From NCBI GenBank assembly GCA_963662315.1, contig OY759353.1:3360001-3424000 (forward strand): 64,000 nt of DNA, given 5' to 3'. Positions 30,037 through 40,255 of this stretch are shown here, piece by piece. Every line of letters begins with the position of its first letter. Positions within the stretch are counted from its first letter, which is position 1. This DNA is from Geopsychrobacteraceae bacterium (GTDB taxonomy: Bacteria; Desulfobacterota; Desulfuromonadia; Desulfuromonadales; Geopsychrobacteraceae). The notes under the pieces were generated by a model. It was not told where the DNA came from. It worked only from the letters and a program-made list of their open reading frames with translations, and made no database searches. Position numbers and translations under genes: made by a program.

Positions 30037-30681
30037 CTACTCGAATTGTGAACGGAACTGAGCAAATTGCTCCTGCAACGATGCGAGCTGTTCTTTCAGT
30101 TCGACGACATCTTCCTCCAGCTGAGTGATCCGATCCTGACGACTGTTGCCAGCTCCAAATACTGGCTCAGATGTTTCCTCTGGTGTAAACACGCCACCTA
30201 GTAACTGACCGTAACGATGCTCTTTGCGCCCAGGCTGTCTGGGCAACTGAACCACCAGCGGCTCATCGCGTTCCTGCAGTCCTTCCAGAACTTTTTCTAC
30301 GGCAGAAAGATCCTCGAAAGCGCTCAAACGCTCGCTTCGGGTCCTCAATTCACCAACGGTCTGGGGGCCTCGCAGCAGCAAAATCGCAAGGAGTGCCTGC
30401 TCTTCTTCCGTGACTTTCAGCGCTCCAGGCAAATTATGGCAGTAGCGCACAGCCCGAACACCTTCGGAAGATTTGTAACTGAGTTGTTCATGGCGTAATT
30501 CTTCGAGAGCTGCGCTGACCTCTTCCTCGTCCAGAGTCATGACCGGCTCACGGTTTGATTTTTGATTACAGGCGTTTACCAGGGCATTTAAGGTCAACGG
30601 GTAATATTCCGGTGTCGCCATCTCTTTTTCGATCAGACAACCTAGTACCCGTAACGCAGCAGGGGATAATTCACACACCAT
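30037..30681 (-). CDS. YceH (DUF480) family protein
   Basis: RVLGCLIEKE..TPEYYPLTLNAL..ACNQKSNREPV, LLRGPQT.GELRTR. Confidence 0.9.
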   Translation of the reverse strand: MVCELSPAALRVLGCLIEKEMATPEYYPLTLNALVNACNQKSNREPVMTLDEEEVSAALEELRHEQLSYKSSEGVRAVRYCHNLPGALKVTEEEQALLAILLLRGPQTVGELRTRSERLSAFEDLSAVEKVLEGLQERDEPLVVQLPRQPGRKEHRYGQLLGGVFTPEETSEPVFGAGNSRQDRITQLEEDVVELKEQLASLQEQFAQFRSQFE

Positions 30682-30748
30682 AGAACCTCCATGGAACAGG
30701 GCAACTCTTGCCCGGAAACATTAACTCGTCACTGTTAGAACTTTGAAA

Positions 30749-31552
30749 TTAAGTATGAGCGATGAACATTTCATAGAGCGTCAGCAAAATCTCAAAAACA
30801 ATCAGGATGGTGATGTACCATTCCACCCGGAGGCTGCGCTTATTCTGGAGAATTCCCAGCAAAGTTTCAGCGGTACGGGAAATAAGATCGAGTTTCCGTT
30901 CCAGTACGTTATGTCGTTCACTGAGTTCATATTCATCGGTCAGACGCGTATAAAGGCGCTCATGCTCGGGGTAATACCAGAGCAGATCAGGTTTTTCAAT
31001 AATTTCAACCCGGCCGACCATGCGCCCCTGAATAAATAAGGCATCACCGATATGGCGCAACAGGTCTCGGCCTTTCGAGCCGGGGCGGCCAGATTGCTGC
31101 AGGGCTTCGGCAAGTGGCTCGATACTCTGAAAGGTTTTAGTGACACCTGTTTCATAACGTTCCAGGACGATACTTCTGGCCAGCACCTCGGCAACAAGCT
31201 GCAGGCGTTCAACACAGAAGTCATGCAGTAAAATGATCCCCTCCTCGATTTTCTCGTCCCCCTGAAAAATCGTCGAAAGAACCACTTCTTCGGCAGTGAA
31301 CTGATCAAACACATCGGCCGCATAAACTTTAAGGCTATCGAGCAGAGCGGTTTCTTCGATGGCTGTCAACCCGAAGGTCACCACCACCCCGTAGCGAAAC
31401 AGCGCCGCGCAGCCGCTGCTTCCGGCGGTCAGCAGTAAAGGTTTTTTGGCCAGATACTGGGCCTTTTCAAAATCTTTCAGCAGCAGACGTTCAGCAATAA
31501 ACAGAGCGCGTACCTGAATCTGCGTCTGGCCTGAAAACAACATGGCATCCAT
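30749..31552 (-). CDS. RMD1/DUF155 family protein
   Basis: FRYGVVV, KPDLLW, EYELSER..LERKL, RVEWYI. Confidence 0.85.
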   Translation of the reverse strand: MDAMLFSGQTQIQVRALFIAERLLLKDFEKAQYLAKKPLLLTAGSSGCAALFRYGVVVTFGLTAIEETALLDSLKVYAADVFDQFTAEEVVLSTIFQGDEKIEEGIILLHDFCVERLQLVAEVLARSIVLERYETGVTKTFQSIEPLAEALQQSGRPGSKGRDLLRHIGDALFIQGRMVGRVEIIEKPDLLWYYPEHERLYTRLTDEYELSERHNVLERKLDLISRTAETLLGILQNKRSLRVEWYITILIVFEILLTLYEMFIAHT

Positions 31553-31784
31553 AGAAAAATCACCATTTAAAGGAAAGTAAAGAGGAATGTTGAACACAGC
31601 CAACCTGAGGCTTTGCTTATCGTAAAATCGGCTCTGCTAATTTTTCAGTATACACGACTGGCAAAATATTTAATCGAAATAACCTGCTCACTCTTGCCAA
31701 CACCGGGAATTCTGATTACAGTATTAGCTATTGATTACCGTTTCGGTAATATATAAAGCAAACACTTTTCACAGGAGTTGTCGT

Positions 31785-32006
31785 ATGAGTGAACTTTACA
31801 AATGCGGAACGTGTGGTGTTGTCTCTGAGGATAAGGGGCAGATCTGTGACGTTGAGGCCGTTATGCACAAAGATGAATATTGCAGCCAGAATGAAAGCTT
31901 TGACCAGATGTGCGATGATATACAGGATCAGGCTGATTATGTGTGCTCGTCCTGTGGACGGCCTTCGGACCAGGCATCGCTGCTCTGTTCGCCACGATTG
32001 TCATAA
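31785..32006 (+). CDS. Small Cys-rich putative metal-binding protein, 73 aa
   Basis: AGGAG RBS; duplicated Y.C..CG...C unit (YKCGTCG, YVCSSCG). Confidence 0.7.
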   Translation: MSELYKCGTCGVVSEDKGQICDVEAVMHKDEYCSQNESFDQMCDDIQDQADYVCSSCGRPSDQASLLCSPRLS

Positions 32007-32045
32007 TTGGACTAAACCCTTCTAAACTCTACCGAAATAAGCTTT

Positions 32046-32078
32046 CATCCGGTCCCCGTCTGGGGGCCGGATGTTTTT
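32046..32078 (+). terminator. Intrinsic terminator
   Basis: catccggtcccc/ggggccggatg followed by TTTTT. Confidence 0.75.
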
Positions 32079-32175
32079 CAACAGAAGCTTAAAAAGCTCC
32101 TTTGCACTCCCTGGCCACTGGGGGTATGATTCCCGCTGTACCCCCTGACTTTTCCACCTTACTTACGGGAGCTCC

Positions 32176-33093
32176 ATGGCCATTATCAGCAACGCCTTGA
32201 TACCAATATTTCTCTTGATCATAAGTGGGTTTTGCGCCAGAAGAAGCGGTTTTTTGCAAGATGAATTCTGGCAGGCGGCCGAAAAACTGACCTACTTTTT
32301 ACTCATGCCTGCCCTCCTGATTCACAGTCTTGCCAATAAGGATATCAGTCGTCTGCCCTGGCAACAGATGCTGTTGACTGTCGATGGAACTGTTATCATC
32401 AGCGCTGGGCTGCTCAGTTTGTGGTGGCTGTTGCGTCGCCAGCGTGGTGGCCCTCTTTTCACCTCGGTATTTCAGGGCGGTGTCAGGTTCAATACCTACA
32501 TCGCCCTGGCTGTGGCCGAAGCATTATACGGCAGCAAAGGACTGTTACTTGCGGCCATGGCAGCCGGGTTTATGATTCCGCTGATCAACCTGTTGTGCAT
32601 TTCCGCTTTTTCTCTGACCGTTGTCAAAACCCGCATCAGCTTTGCCAGCTTTACGCGCAGTCTGATAACCAACCCCCTGATTCTGGGTTGCTTGATTGGC
32701 GGAACTCTTAATCTTAGCGGTATCGGGCTGTTCAGCGCTCTTGATGGTACCCTGTCGTTGGCAGGAAAAGCCGCACTGCCTATCGGATTGATGGCCGTTG
32801 GAGCGGCCTACCGGGTTGGTAATTTCAGTCACCAGGTGGCTCCCCTGCTGGTGAGCAGTATGGTCCAGTTTGTGGTTAAACCGTTGACTGCCTTCAGCCT
32901 GGCCAGTGCCTTTGATCTGCATGGCATGCCGGCCAGTATCGCCGTACTGATGTTTATTGTTCCAACGGCTCCCTCTGCATTTATCCTGTCTCGCCAGCTA
33001 GGCGGCGATCACTCCACCATGGCGACAATCATCACCCTGCAAAGTGGGATATCCTTTTTTACAATACCTGTGACACTGGCTCTGCTTCATTGA
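32176..33093 (+). CDS. AEC (auxin efflux carrier) family transporter
   Basis: YFLLMPAL, FQGGVRFN, NPLI, PTAPSAFILSRQLGGD. Confidence 0.88.
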   Translation: MAIISNALIPIFLLIISGFCARRSGFLQDEFWQAAEKLTYFLLMPALLIHSLANKDISRLPWQQMLLTVDGTVIISAGLLSLWWLLRRQRGGPLFTSVFQGGVRFNTYIALAVAEALYGSKGLLLAAMAAGFMIPLINLLCISAFSLTVVKTRISFASFTRSLITNPLILGCLIGGTLNLSGIGLFSALDGTLSLAGKAALPIGLMAVGAAYRVGNFSHQVAPLLVSSMVQFVVKPLTAFSLASAFDLHGMPASIAVLMFIVPTAPSAFILSRQLGGDHSTMATIITLQSGISFFTIPVTLALLH

Positions 33094-33129
33094 CAGGGCC
33101 TTAATAAACGTGGTTCCGGAGCATAGCAG

Positions 33130-33489
33130 ATGAGTAAAGAGATCAAAGCGCTTACCAGTTTCGCCGAATCGTTTGAAAAACTCGATATAAGAGTTGGGAT
33201 TATTACCTCAGCGGAACTTGAAACCCGTACCCCCAAGCCAACCTATAAGATGACGGTGGATTTTGGAAAGTTTGGCCTTCGCACCAGCTATGGCCGCTTC
33301 ACCAGGCACCCCCTGGACGAGGTTGTCGGTAGACGGGTGCTCGGTGTTCTGAATTTTGAGCCACGCCAGATGGGGCCGGTGCTTTCGGACGTGCTGATCC
33401 TCGGTGTGCAATACCCCAAGGCAGACAGTGGGGAAGCCACTTTTGTGTCCCCTGCCGTTGAAGCCAAGCTGGGCAGCAAATTATTTTAG
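33130..33489 (+). CDS. CsaA/tRNA-binding OB-fold protein
   Basis: FEKLDIRVG, VDFG, NFEPRQMG..SDVLILG, GSKLF. Confidence 0.85.
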   Translation: MSKEIKALTSFAESFEKLDIRVGIITSAELETRTPKPTYKMTVDFGKFGLRTSYGRFTRHPLDEVVGRRVLGVLNFEPRQMGPVLSDVLILGVQYPKADSGEATFVSPAVEAKLGSKLF

Positions 33490-33601
33490 AATGCGTCTGA
33501 ATCTATTGGCTTTGCACGAAATATAGATTTTAAGGGGGTTCCGATCTCAGATTTCCCTGGCTGATTATCCCACCGGACAGCATAATACTTCCAAGGGTTA
33601 C

Positions 33602-35395
33602 TTATCGAAAAAACAATTCGAGCCCCAGGGCCTGACGCTCAGCCAGCTGCGGAATGCGGTTACGCTGCCAGTGTTTCAGTAACGGATACATCCAGCCAGT
33701 CATGGGGACCAATATCAAACGGTCAAACCAGCGATAGCGGGCCTGCTGGCGTAGCAGTAAACTCAACAGGATTCCGCCGGTTATCCAGCGGATATGGAAT
33801 GGCGTAAAATCACACTCGACCAGAAATCCATCGGGGTGTTTTTGGCGATATTTGGCCAGCCGCGTTGCAATTTTCTTTTCCCGCTTGTTCCCGCCCTTTC
33901 CCAGGTAGAAACGTCGCAGGGTATACAGCATACGCAAGGTATCTGCCCCCAGCTTTAATCCTTGCTGTTCAATACCCACCGTGTCTATCAACTGCCGCAA
34001 ACGCCTGATCTGTTGACGTTGCTGACGATCCCGCTCAATCACCATTTCTGGATCATCCATATAGGTACGAACGACCAGGCGCAGGGCGCGATTGACAATG
34101 ATCGTATCCCAGAAAATCCATAACAGGGGTGGTACCCGCAGGCGTCTGAACCAGAGTGATCTTGCCGCAAACGGTTTGAAATACCAGAGGTCGTCAATCA
34201 GCTGATCAAACAGGATAACCAGTTCGCTTATCTGATCCGTCTTCACCTCTGGCCAGTATTGCTGACAGAACTCATGAAGAATCTGGTGCGCAGAAACCTC
34301 AGAGCTGAACAACCGGTAGGCCGCAACGGTATTTAGTTCGTTCCATGGCGAAGAGCCATCCAGAAAAGTTAACCGGTCAAAATGGGACCAGCCTCCGGTC
34401 TGACACCAGACGCAAATCCCCCTAAGAGTCGGGCATTGGCTGAGCTGGTCCCGGAATTTCTCATACTGACGCCCTACATAAGCCGGAAATGCTCCGAACC
34501 CTTCATACTCGCGACGCGCCTGAAGTTCAATAATCTGATCATGGGACGACGTGATGAATCTGTCACTGAGCGGCAGGTAACGGAAGAAATCCGCACCACC
34601 AAACTTACGCGAAACAATAAAGGCGGGTGAATCAATTCCGGCAAATGCCGCATGCTCAGTTTTGTCATTCCAGATGAGATCTCCAATTCGGTAGGCTCCA
34701 AGCCCCCAGGTCCGGAAAATCAACGATTTCTGGTGATGTTCACAGCTGCGCAGAATCTCTTTCAACCATTGATTGCACTGTTTTGGGGTACGGATCTGCA
34801 GTTCACTGATAAACAGTGATTCCACATCATGACCGTCAGCTTCGCCAAAGCGGATGACAATCCCGTCCACTTCGGGAAACAGATCATACAAACGCTCAAC
34901 AGCCTCAACAAATAGAGCTCGCAGCTGTTGATCCCTTTTTCCACCCTTCACATAGGCCTCAATATAATCATTAATGAACATCAGGTCGGTGGTCACAAGA
35001 ATTTTGAGTCCATAGTTTTTGGCGATGGCAAAAACCTGCCGGAACAGCTGCTGATAAGAATGAACGGTGCGACTGAGCAGGTAGGGATAAAAGTCGAACA
35101 GAGTCAGATGCGCCAGATCATCAAACGTGATGGCGTTATAGCCAACCGCCGATACCGCCTGACAATAAAGTTCAAGCTGCACGCAGACCTGCTGTGAAAT
35201 TTCTGCCGGAATGGTTCCCCGCACCTGTAGGCGCGACAGGGGAGCTTTCGACCAATTCTGCCTGGTTCCGTCGACAAAAGGGGCAAAAAAGGGCGCTACT
35301 CCGTCAATAATATAAAGATCGCGCTCCGTCTTGCTCCGGTTGTTAAGATTCAATTGTTTCTGCAACAAAGACCTCTTTACATGCTTCAAAAGCAA
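33602..35395 (-). CDS. Hypothetical protein, possibly glycoside-hydrolase-like
   Basis: 597-aa ORF; VDGIVIRFGEADG, LIFRTW, DFFRYLP, ELQARREYEG. Confidence 0.55.
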   Translation of the reverse strand: MLLKHVKRSLLQKQLNLNNRSKTERDLYIIDGVAPFFAPFVDGTRQNWSKAPLSRLQVRGTIPAEISQQVCVQLELYCQAVSAVGYNAITFDDLAHLTLFDFYPYLLSRTVHSYQQLFRQVFAIAKNYGLKILVTTDLMFINDYIEAYVKGGKRDQQLRALFVEAVERLYDLFPEVDGIVIRFGEADGHDVESLFISELQIRTPKQCNQWLKEILRSCEHHQKSLIFRTWGLGAYRIGDLIWNDKTEHAAFAGIDSPAFIVSRKFGGADFFRYLPLSDRFITSSHDQIIELQARREYEGFGAFPAYVGRQYEKFRDQLSQCPTLRGICVWCQTGGWSHFDRLTFLDGSSPWNELNTVAAYRLFSSEVSAHQILHEFCQQYWPEVKTDQISELVILFDQLIDDLWYFKPFAARSLWFRRLRVPPLLWIFWDTIIVNRALRLVVRTYMDDPEMVIERDRQQRQQIRRLRQLIDTVGIEQQGLKLGADTLRMLYTLRRFYLGKGGNKREKKIATRLAKYRQKHPDGFLVECDFTPFHIRWITGGILLSLLLRQQARYRWFDRLILVPMTGWMYPLLKHWQRNRIPQLAERQALGLELFFR

Positions 35396-35568
35396 AGGAA
35401 ATGGTTTTCTTTAACGAAGAATGCGGTTACCTTTATGAAAAAGGTGTTAGGATTGTATGTGTTAATTTTGAGTTTTATGCGCGGCATTCGATTTAGAAAA
35501 TGAGTGCTAGATTGAACACGGCTTCAGGTCGTCGTGACAAATGAATAAGAAAAAGTGACGGAGATAAC

Positions 35569-36330
35569 ATGAGTACCGAGGTCAAGCTCTGGCTAAAAAG
35601 TGAAAACAGTACTTTCGATGCTAAACGGATAAAATTGTTGGAAAAAATTGACGAAACCGGGTCGATGTCAAAAGCTGCCAGAGAGGTCGGTATCAGTTAT
35701 AAAGCCGCTTGGGACGCCATTGATAAAATGAATAATCTTGCGGATGAGCCTCTGGTCATGAAGGTGACCGGTGGTCGCAAAGGGGGTGGGTCGACCCTGA
35801 CTCCGTATGCCCGTGAGCTTATCATCTCCTTTTATGACATGGTCGAAGCCCAGGACCGTACCCTGGAAATGATTGGAAACCAAAACCGGACCGGCATGAG
35901 CTTTTTCCTGGCGAGTACCAAGAATCTGTTCAGCTGCCATATCCAGACGATGGTTACAGGCGATGTAAATGCAACGATCGGCTTGAAATTACGTGGAGAA
36001 GATATGCTTGCCGCTGTCATTACCAGAGATAGCGTCAAACGGCTTGAACTCGAACAGGGAGACCGGGTTTACGCCCTGGTCAATGAAAGTGCGATTTCCC
36101 TTTTGAAGGGTGATGGGCGCAACCTGGCAGTCAGTGCTCGCAACCGGCTGCTGGGAAAAGTCAGTCGCATCACCTCATCCGGCGTTTCTGCCGAAGTAGA
36201 GATTCGCCTGCCAGGCGGTCAGGCTATCTATGTTGTCATGACCGCAGCCAGCATTGATTCCATGGAGTTGAAAGAGGAGGATGTTGTAACGGCACTGTTT
36301 AAAGCACAGAGCGTCATGCTGCTGAAGTAA
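35569..36330 (+). CDS. modE: ModE-type molybdate-responsive regulator (HTH plus two TOBE domains)
   Basis: GSMSKAAREVGISYKAAWD, GGRKGGGS, SARNRL; near modABC. Confidence 0.9.
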   Translation: MSTEVKLWLKSENSTFDAKRIKLLEKIDETGSMSKAAREVGISYKAAWDAIDKMNNLADEPLVMKVTGGRKGGGSTLTPYARELIISFYDMVEAQDRTLEMIGNQNRTGMSFFLASTKNLFSCHIQTMVTGDVNATIGLKLRGEDMLAAVITRDSVKRLELEQGDRVYALVNESAISLLKGDGRNLAVSARNRLLGKVSRITSSGVSAEVEIRLPGGQAIYVVMTAASIDSMELKEEDVVTALFKAQSVMLLK

Positions 36331-36359
36331 TAATCCACGTTTTGATACCATAGGCATGA

Positions 36360-36392
36360 AAAAGCCCCAATGCGATAACACAGGGGCTTTTT
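36360..36392. terminator. Bidirectional terminator between convergent genes
   Basis: aaaagcccc/ggggctttt. Confidence 0.7.
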
Positions 36393-36411
36393 CAACGGGA
36401 CTCTACAATAA

Positions 36412-37218
36412 TCAGAATCCTGTCTCACCTTGAAACTCAGATTCTTCCGGAGTTTTGACGCTAACTTCGTAACCCTCATCGACAGGCTCATCATCAACTA
36501 CGACCGCAGAACGGGCGGGTTTTGATTTCTGGTATGAGCTCAACAGACCATAGACGACATTATTATCCGGATCATCCTCGCGGTGGCGTCTGATCAGGCT
36601 CTTATCCTGGCCGAAATAATACCTGACCCCGGTCATCACATGCTCATAATCACTTTCGCCGATGGCCAGGTCAGCATATACTGCCAGCCCCTTGATGATC
36701 TGATATTCGGCACCGATATGCAGGCGCCCCTGTTGTTTATCAGCCAGACTACCGCCGGTAGAGAACATCAGGTTATCCAGGGGGTAATAACGAAGGTCGA
36801 TATTCATGTGGGCGTTATCATCGGCATCACCGAACTGCTGGCCGACAATCCCGATCAGGGTCAGTTGGTTCAAATACAATTCTGCTTCGAATCCGAGGCG
36901 ATGGACATCAAAACCATCCAGATCGGCCGTTAAGCCAGTGACACCCAACAGGTAACGCTCCGGGTCTCTGGTAAAAAAATGAAACCCAAGCCCGTGCAGA
37001 TCTTCATCAATACTACCAAGAGCACCATCAATCTGCAGTCCAAAGGTTTTCCCCAAGGGAACAGTCACACTACCGCCAACAACTTTGGCCGTTTCGCCAT
37101 CAGCATTCCCCAACAGCCCCTCAACCTTGGCATTGGCACCAGAAACAGCCACTCCCTGTGCCGACGCCAAGCCACAGAGCGCCAGAACCAGCACTCCCGC
37201 CAATAACAATTTCTTCAT
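36412..37218 (-). CDS. Exported protein, probable outer-membrane beta-barrel
   Basis: Signal peptide, alternating amphipathic strands, GVRYYFG..SLIRRHREDDP, acidic tail. Confidence 0.6.
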   Translation of the reverse strand: MKKLLLAGVLVLALCGLASAQGVAVSGANAKVEGLLGNADGETAKVVGGSVTVPLGKTFGLQIDGALGSIDEDLHGLGFHFFTRDPERYLLGVTGLTADLDGFDVHRLGFEAELYLNQLTLIGIVGQQFGDADDNAHMNIDLRYYPLDNLMFSTGGSLADKQQGRLHIGAEYQIIKGLAVYADLAIGESDYEHVMTGVRYYFGQDKSLIRRHREDDPDNNVVYGLLSSYQKSKPARSAVVVDDEPVDEGYEVSVKTPEESEFQGETGF

Positions 37219-37512
37219 TTTTTTTCCTTTTTAAAGGTCGGTAAGTTAAACCAGGAGAGAATAACATCAGATAAGGCTACGCCAAGAACGGGTCCTCATG
37301 ATATTCCCCCTTATATCTCATTTTCTAATGAGAAAAGTAGCGAGATACTACACGACTGCCATCTTTGGCGCAATAGAGAATTCTATTTATCCTTAATATG
37401 TTACACCTATGTATGTGAAAAACTATGTCGTTCGCCAAACCCCTTATCTCACCCTAGGAAACTGCTCAGCGGCAGAATATTTCACCATAAAAGGTATACG
37501 AACTTTTCTGGG

Positions 37513-37565
37513 TTGACATCGATATTTCTAACGTTATACCTTTTAGAATATCGAATTTTATAACG
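37513..37565 (+). promoter_or_regulatory. sigma70 promoter overlapped by a ModE-type operator
   Basis: TTGACA at 37513; CGTTATA-N8-AATATCG at 37532-37553 across the -10 region, with extra half-sites CGATATT and TATAACG. Confidence 0.75.
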
Positions 37566-37587
37566 CACCTATCAATTGGAGTCTCCT

Positions 37588-38355
37588 ATGTCTACAAAAA
37601 TCACATCCTTGCTGTTGCTGCTGAGCTTTAGCCTCGGCCTGACCTCGGCCGCCTTTGCCGAAGAAAAGGTCTATATCTTTGCCGCAGCATCAACCACTAA
37701 CGTTGTCAAAGAACTGGTCAGCACCTACCAGGAGGGCTCAGCAACTCAGGCAAAATACCTGACCTCTTTCGCTTCAAGTTCTACTCTGGCTCGTCAGATT
37801 GAAGCCGGAGCCGATGCCAATATCTTTATTTCAGCCAATGTCAAATGGTACAAATGGCTGGCCGAAAGGAATCTGGTTGCGGAAGGCACAGACAGCATCA
37901 TGGCGGCGAATGCTCTGGTCCTGATCGCAGCACCGCAGAACCAAAAGGAAATTACCGATATCAATCAGCTTCCCGGTGCTCTAGGCAGTGGTTTTCTGGC
38001 CATCGGTGACCATAGCCACGTTCCTGCCGGGATGTATGCCAAAGAGGCACTTGACCATTATGGACTCTGGGACAAGCTGATGAAAAGTACCGCTCAGTAT
38101 CCTAATGTCAGAGTTGCGTTGAACGCTGTCGATACCAACCAGGCTGATTTCGGGATTGTCTATAAGACCGATGCCATGCAATCTCAATCAGCACGCATCG
38201 CCTATACCTTTGCCGCTGATTCTCATACTCCAATTAAATACCCGATTTGTGCTATAAAGGGGAAAACGTCTGCAGAGACCGAAAAGTTTCTGCTGTTCAT
38301 GAAATCTGAACCGGCCAAGAAGATACTTGAAAAATACGGATTTGTAGCTCAATGA
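37588..38355 (+). CDS. modA: Molybdate ABC transporter binding protein
   Basis: FAAAS, FASSSTLARQIEAGA, HVPAG.YA, VYKTDA. Confidence 0.93.
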   Translation: MSTKITSLLLLLSFSLGLTSAAFAEEKVYIFAAASTTNVVKELVSTYQEGSATQAKYLTSFASSSTLARQIEAGADANIFISANVKWYKWLAERNLVAEGTDSIMAANALVLIAAPQNQKEITDINQLPGALGSGFLAIGDHSHVPAGMYAKEALDHYGLWDKLMKSTAQYPNVRVALNAVDTNQADFGIVYKTDAMQSQSARIAYTFAADSHTPIKYPICAIKGKTSAETEKFLLFMKSEPAKKILEKYGFVAQ

Positions 38356-39038
38356 CCTTATCACCAGAAGAAGTGGATGCTATCTGGCTCAGCCTCAGGG
38401 TTGCCCTGTGGGCTGTCGCCATGGGCATTGTTCCGGCTATCCTTTGTGCCCTGTTGCTTGCCCGTTGTCAGTTCAGAGGTAAAACCCTGCTGGATGCGGT
38501 CATCCATCTCCCTCTGGTGGTTCCTCCGGTTGTCACCGGTTATCTGCTCATCATCTTTCTTGGCCGCAATACGCCTGTCGGCCATTTGCTAGAACAGATC
38601 GGCCTGCGCTTAGCCTTTAACTGGAAGGGAGCGGTCCTTGCCTCGCTGGTCATGAGTTTCCCGCTGATGGTCAGAGCCATCCGCTTGTCGATAGAAGCCG
38701 TCGATAAAGGTCTGGAAGCCGCGGCCCGCACTCTTGGTGCGGGCCGTTTGAAGATATTTCTCACCGTAACGCTCCCCTTGTCCGTGCCCGGCATCATTAC
38801 CGGCAGTGTTCTTGCCTTTGCCCGCAGTCTGGGCGAATTTGGTGCCACCATAACTTTCGTCTCGAACATTCCCGGCGAAACCCAGACCCTGCCCCTGGCC
38901 CTTTATACCTTTACCCAGACTCCCGACGGTGAAGGGATGGCAGCACGCCTGTGCGTTATTGCGATTATCATCTCAGTGACGGCACTGGCCTGTTCTGAAG
39001 TCATTGCCCGGCGGGCGGCCAGGAGGATCAGTGGATGA
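38352..39038 (+). CDS. modB: Molybdate ABC transporter permease
   Basis: LPLVVPPVVTGY, FARSLGEFGAT. Confidence 0.95.
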   Translation: MTLSPEEVDAIWLSLRVALWAVAMGIVPAILCALLLARCQFRGKTLLDAVIHLPLVVPPVVTGYLLIIFLGRNTPVGHLLEQIGLRLAFNWKGAVLASLVMSFPLMVRAIRLSIEAVDKGLEAAARTLGAGRLKIFLTVTLPLSVPGIITGSVLAFARSLGEFGATITFVSNIPGETQTLPLALYTFTQTPDGEGMAARLCVIAIIISVTALACSEVIARRAARRISG

Positions 39039-40084
39039 TTGAGGTCAGACTGAAAAAGAATTTCGGCACCTTTGACATTGATGTCGACTTCACCTCTGAA
39101 ACCAACGGCATTACAGTGCTGGCTGGGCCTTCCGGGTCGGGAAAAACCACCATTATCAGTATGATCGCCGGATTGACCAAACCGGATTCCGGCCGCATCT
39201 TTATCAATGGCCGGATGCTGTTTGATTCAACCCAGAAAATTGACTGTCCGATCCAGAAGCGGCGCTGCGGCTATATTTTTCAGGACGGGCGCCTGTTTCC
39301 TCATATGAGCGTGACCAAAAACCTGCTTTATGGCAGCCACAGTGATGCGTCCCGCCTGGAAGAAATTGCCGAACTGCTCGGTATCGACCACTTGCTGTCG
39401 CGGATGCCGGGCAAGCTTTCTGGCGGTGAAAAACAACGCGTCGCCATCGGCAGGGCCCTGTTGATGCGCCCGGAAATTCTGCTGATGGATGAACCGTTGG
39501 CGTCCCTTGACCCGCAACGCAAGGACGAATTGCTCCCTTATATCGCCCGCCTTCCGCAACAGTTCAATATTCCGATATTCTATGTCACCCACTCGCGGCG
39601 GGAAATTCTGCGCTTAAGTGATGAACTGATCCGCATTGAAAAAGGGCGGATCAAAAGTTTCGGCAAACCGACCGGCGAGTATCAGGGGCTGGGCACCACC
39701 GATACCGAAGGCGAATACCTGTCGGTCTTTGAATGCGATATTACGGATTACAATGATAATTTTGGTGTTGTCAAAGCAGCTTTCCCGGGCGGGCACGTCT
39801 TTATTCTGGCTGACAAACGTCCCCAGGAAACCAGGGTGCGTGCCGCAATACGTGCCTCGGACGTGACTATCTCCCTGGAACAACCAAGCCAGATCAGTAC
39901 CCGCAACATATTCCACGGCACGATTGTCAAACTTGAAGAGTCGGCGGCGCAAAGTGTGCTGATCCATACGGATGTCGGCATACCGATTGCAGCTCGTATT
40001 TCCAAAGCCTCTGCGCATCGCCTGAGTCTTGAACCCGGAAAGCATATTTTCCTGCTGGTTAAGGCCGTTTCCATGAATTTTTAG
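39035..40084 (+). CDS. modC: Molybdate ABC transporter ATPase
   Basis: GPSGSGKT, FQDGRLFPH, LSGGEKQR, C-terminal TOBE (STRN). Confidence 0.95.
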   Translation: MIEVRLKKNFGTFDIDVDFTSETNGITVLAGPSGSGKTTIISMIAGLTKPDSGRIFINGRMLFDSTQKIDCPIQKRRCGYIFQDGRLFPHMSVTKNLLYGSHSDASRLEEIAELLGIDHLLSRMPGKLSGGEKQRVAIGRALLMRPEILLMDEPLASLDPQRKDELLPYIARLPQQFNIPIFYVTHSRREILRLSDELIRIEKGRIKSFGKPTGEYQGLGTTDTEGEYLSVFECDITDYNDNFGVVKAAFPGGHVFILADKRPQETRVRAAIRASDVTISLEQPSQISTRNIFHGTIVKLEESAAQSVLIHTDVGIPIAARISKASAHRLSLEPGKHIFLLVKAVSMNF

Positions 40085-40255
40085 GTATCAGACCGAGACC
40101 AAACTGGCTAAAAAACAGGCACAATCTGCCCAAAATAGACACAATAAATCTTGCCGGCGCCAAGCAGCGACCTGGAGTCTGAAGATTCAAGCCCGAAATC
40201 GCGAAACGCAGTGAAGCGTCCCGCCGCCTTTCCAAGCATCAACAGGAGATACCTT

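Noticed and set aside
40100..40250. Moco riboswitch or sigma54 promoter before the triad
   Set aside because: No recognisable Moco RNA consensus; the GG/GC spacing is wrong in both promoter candidates
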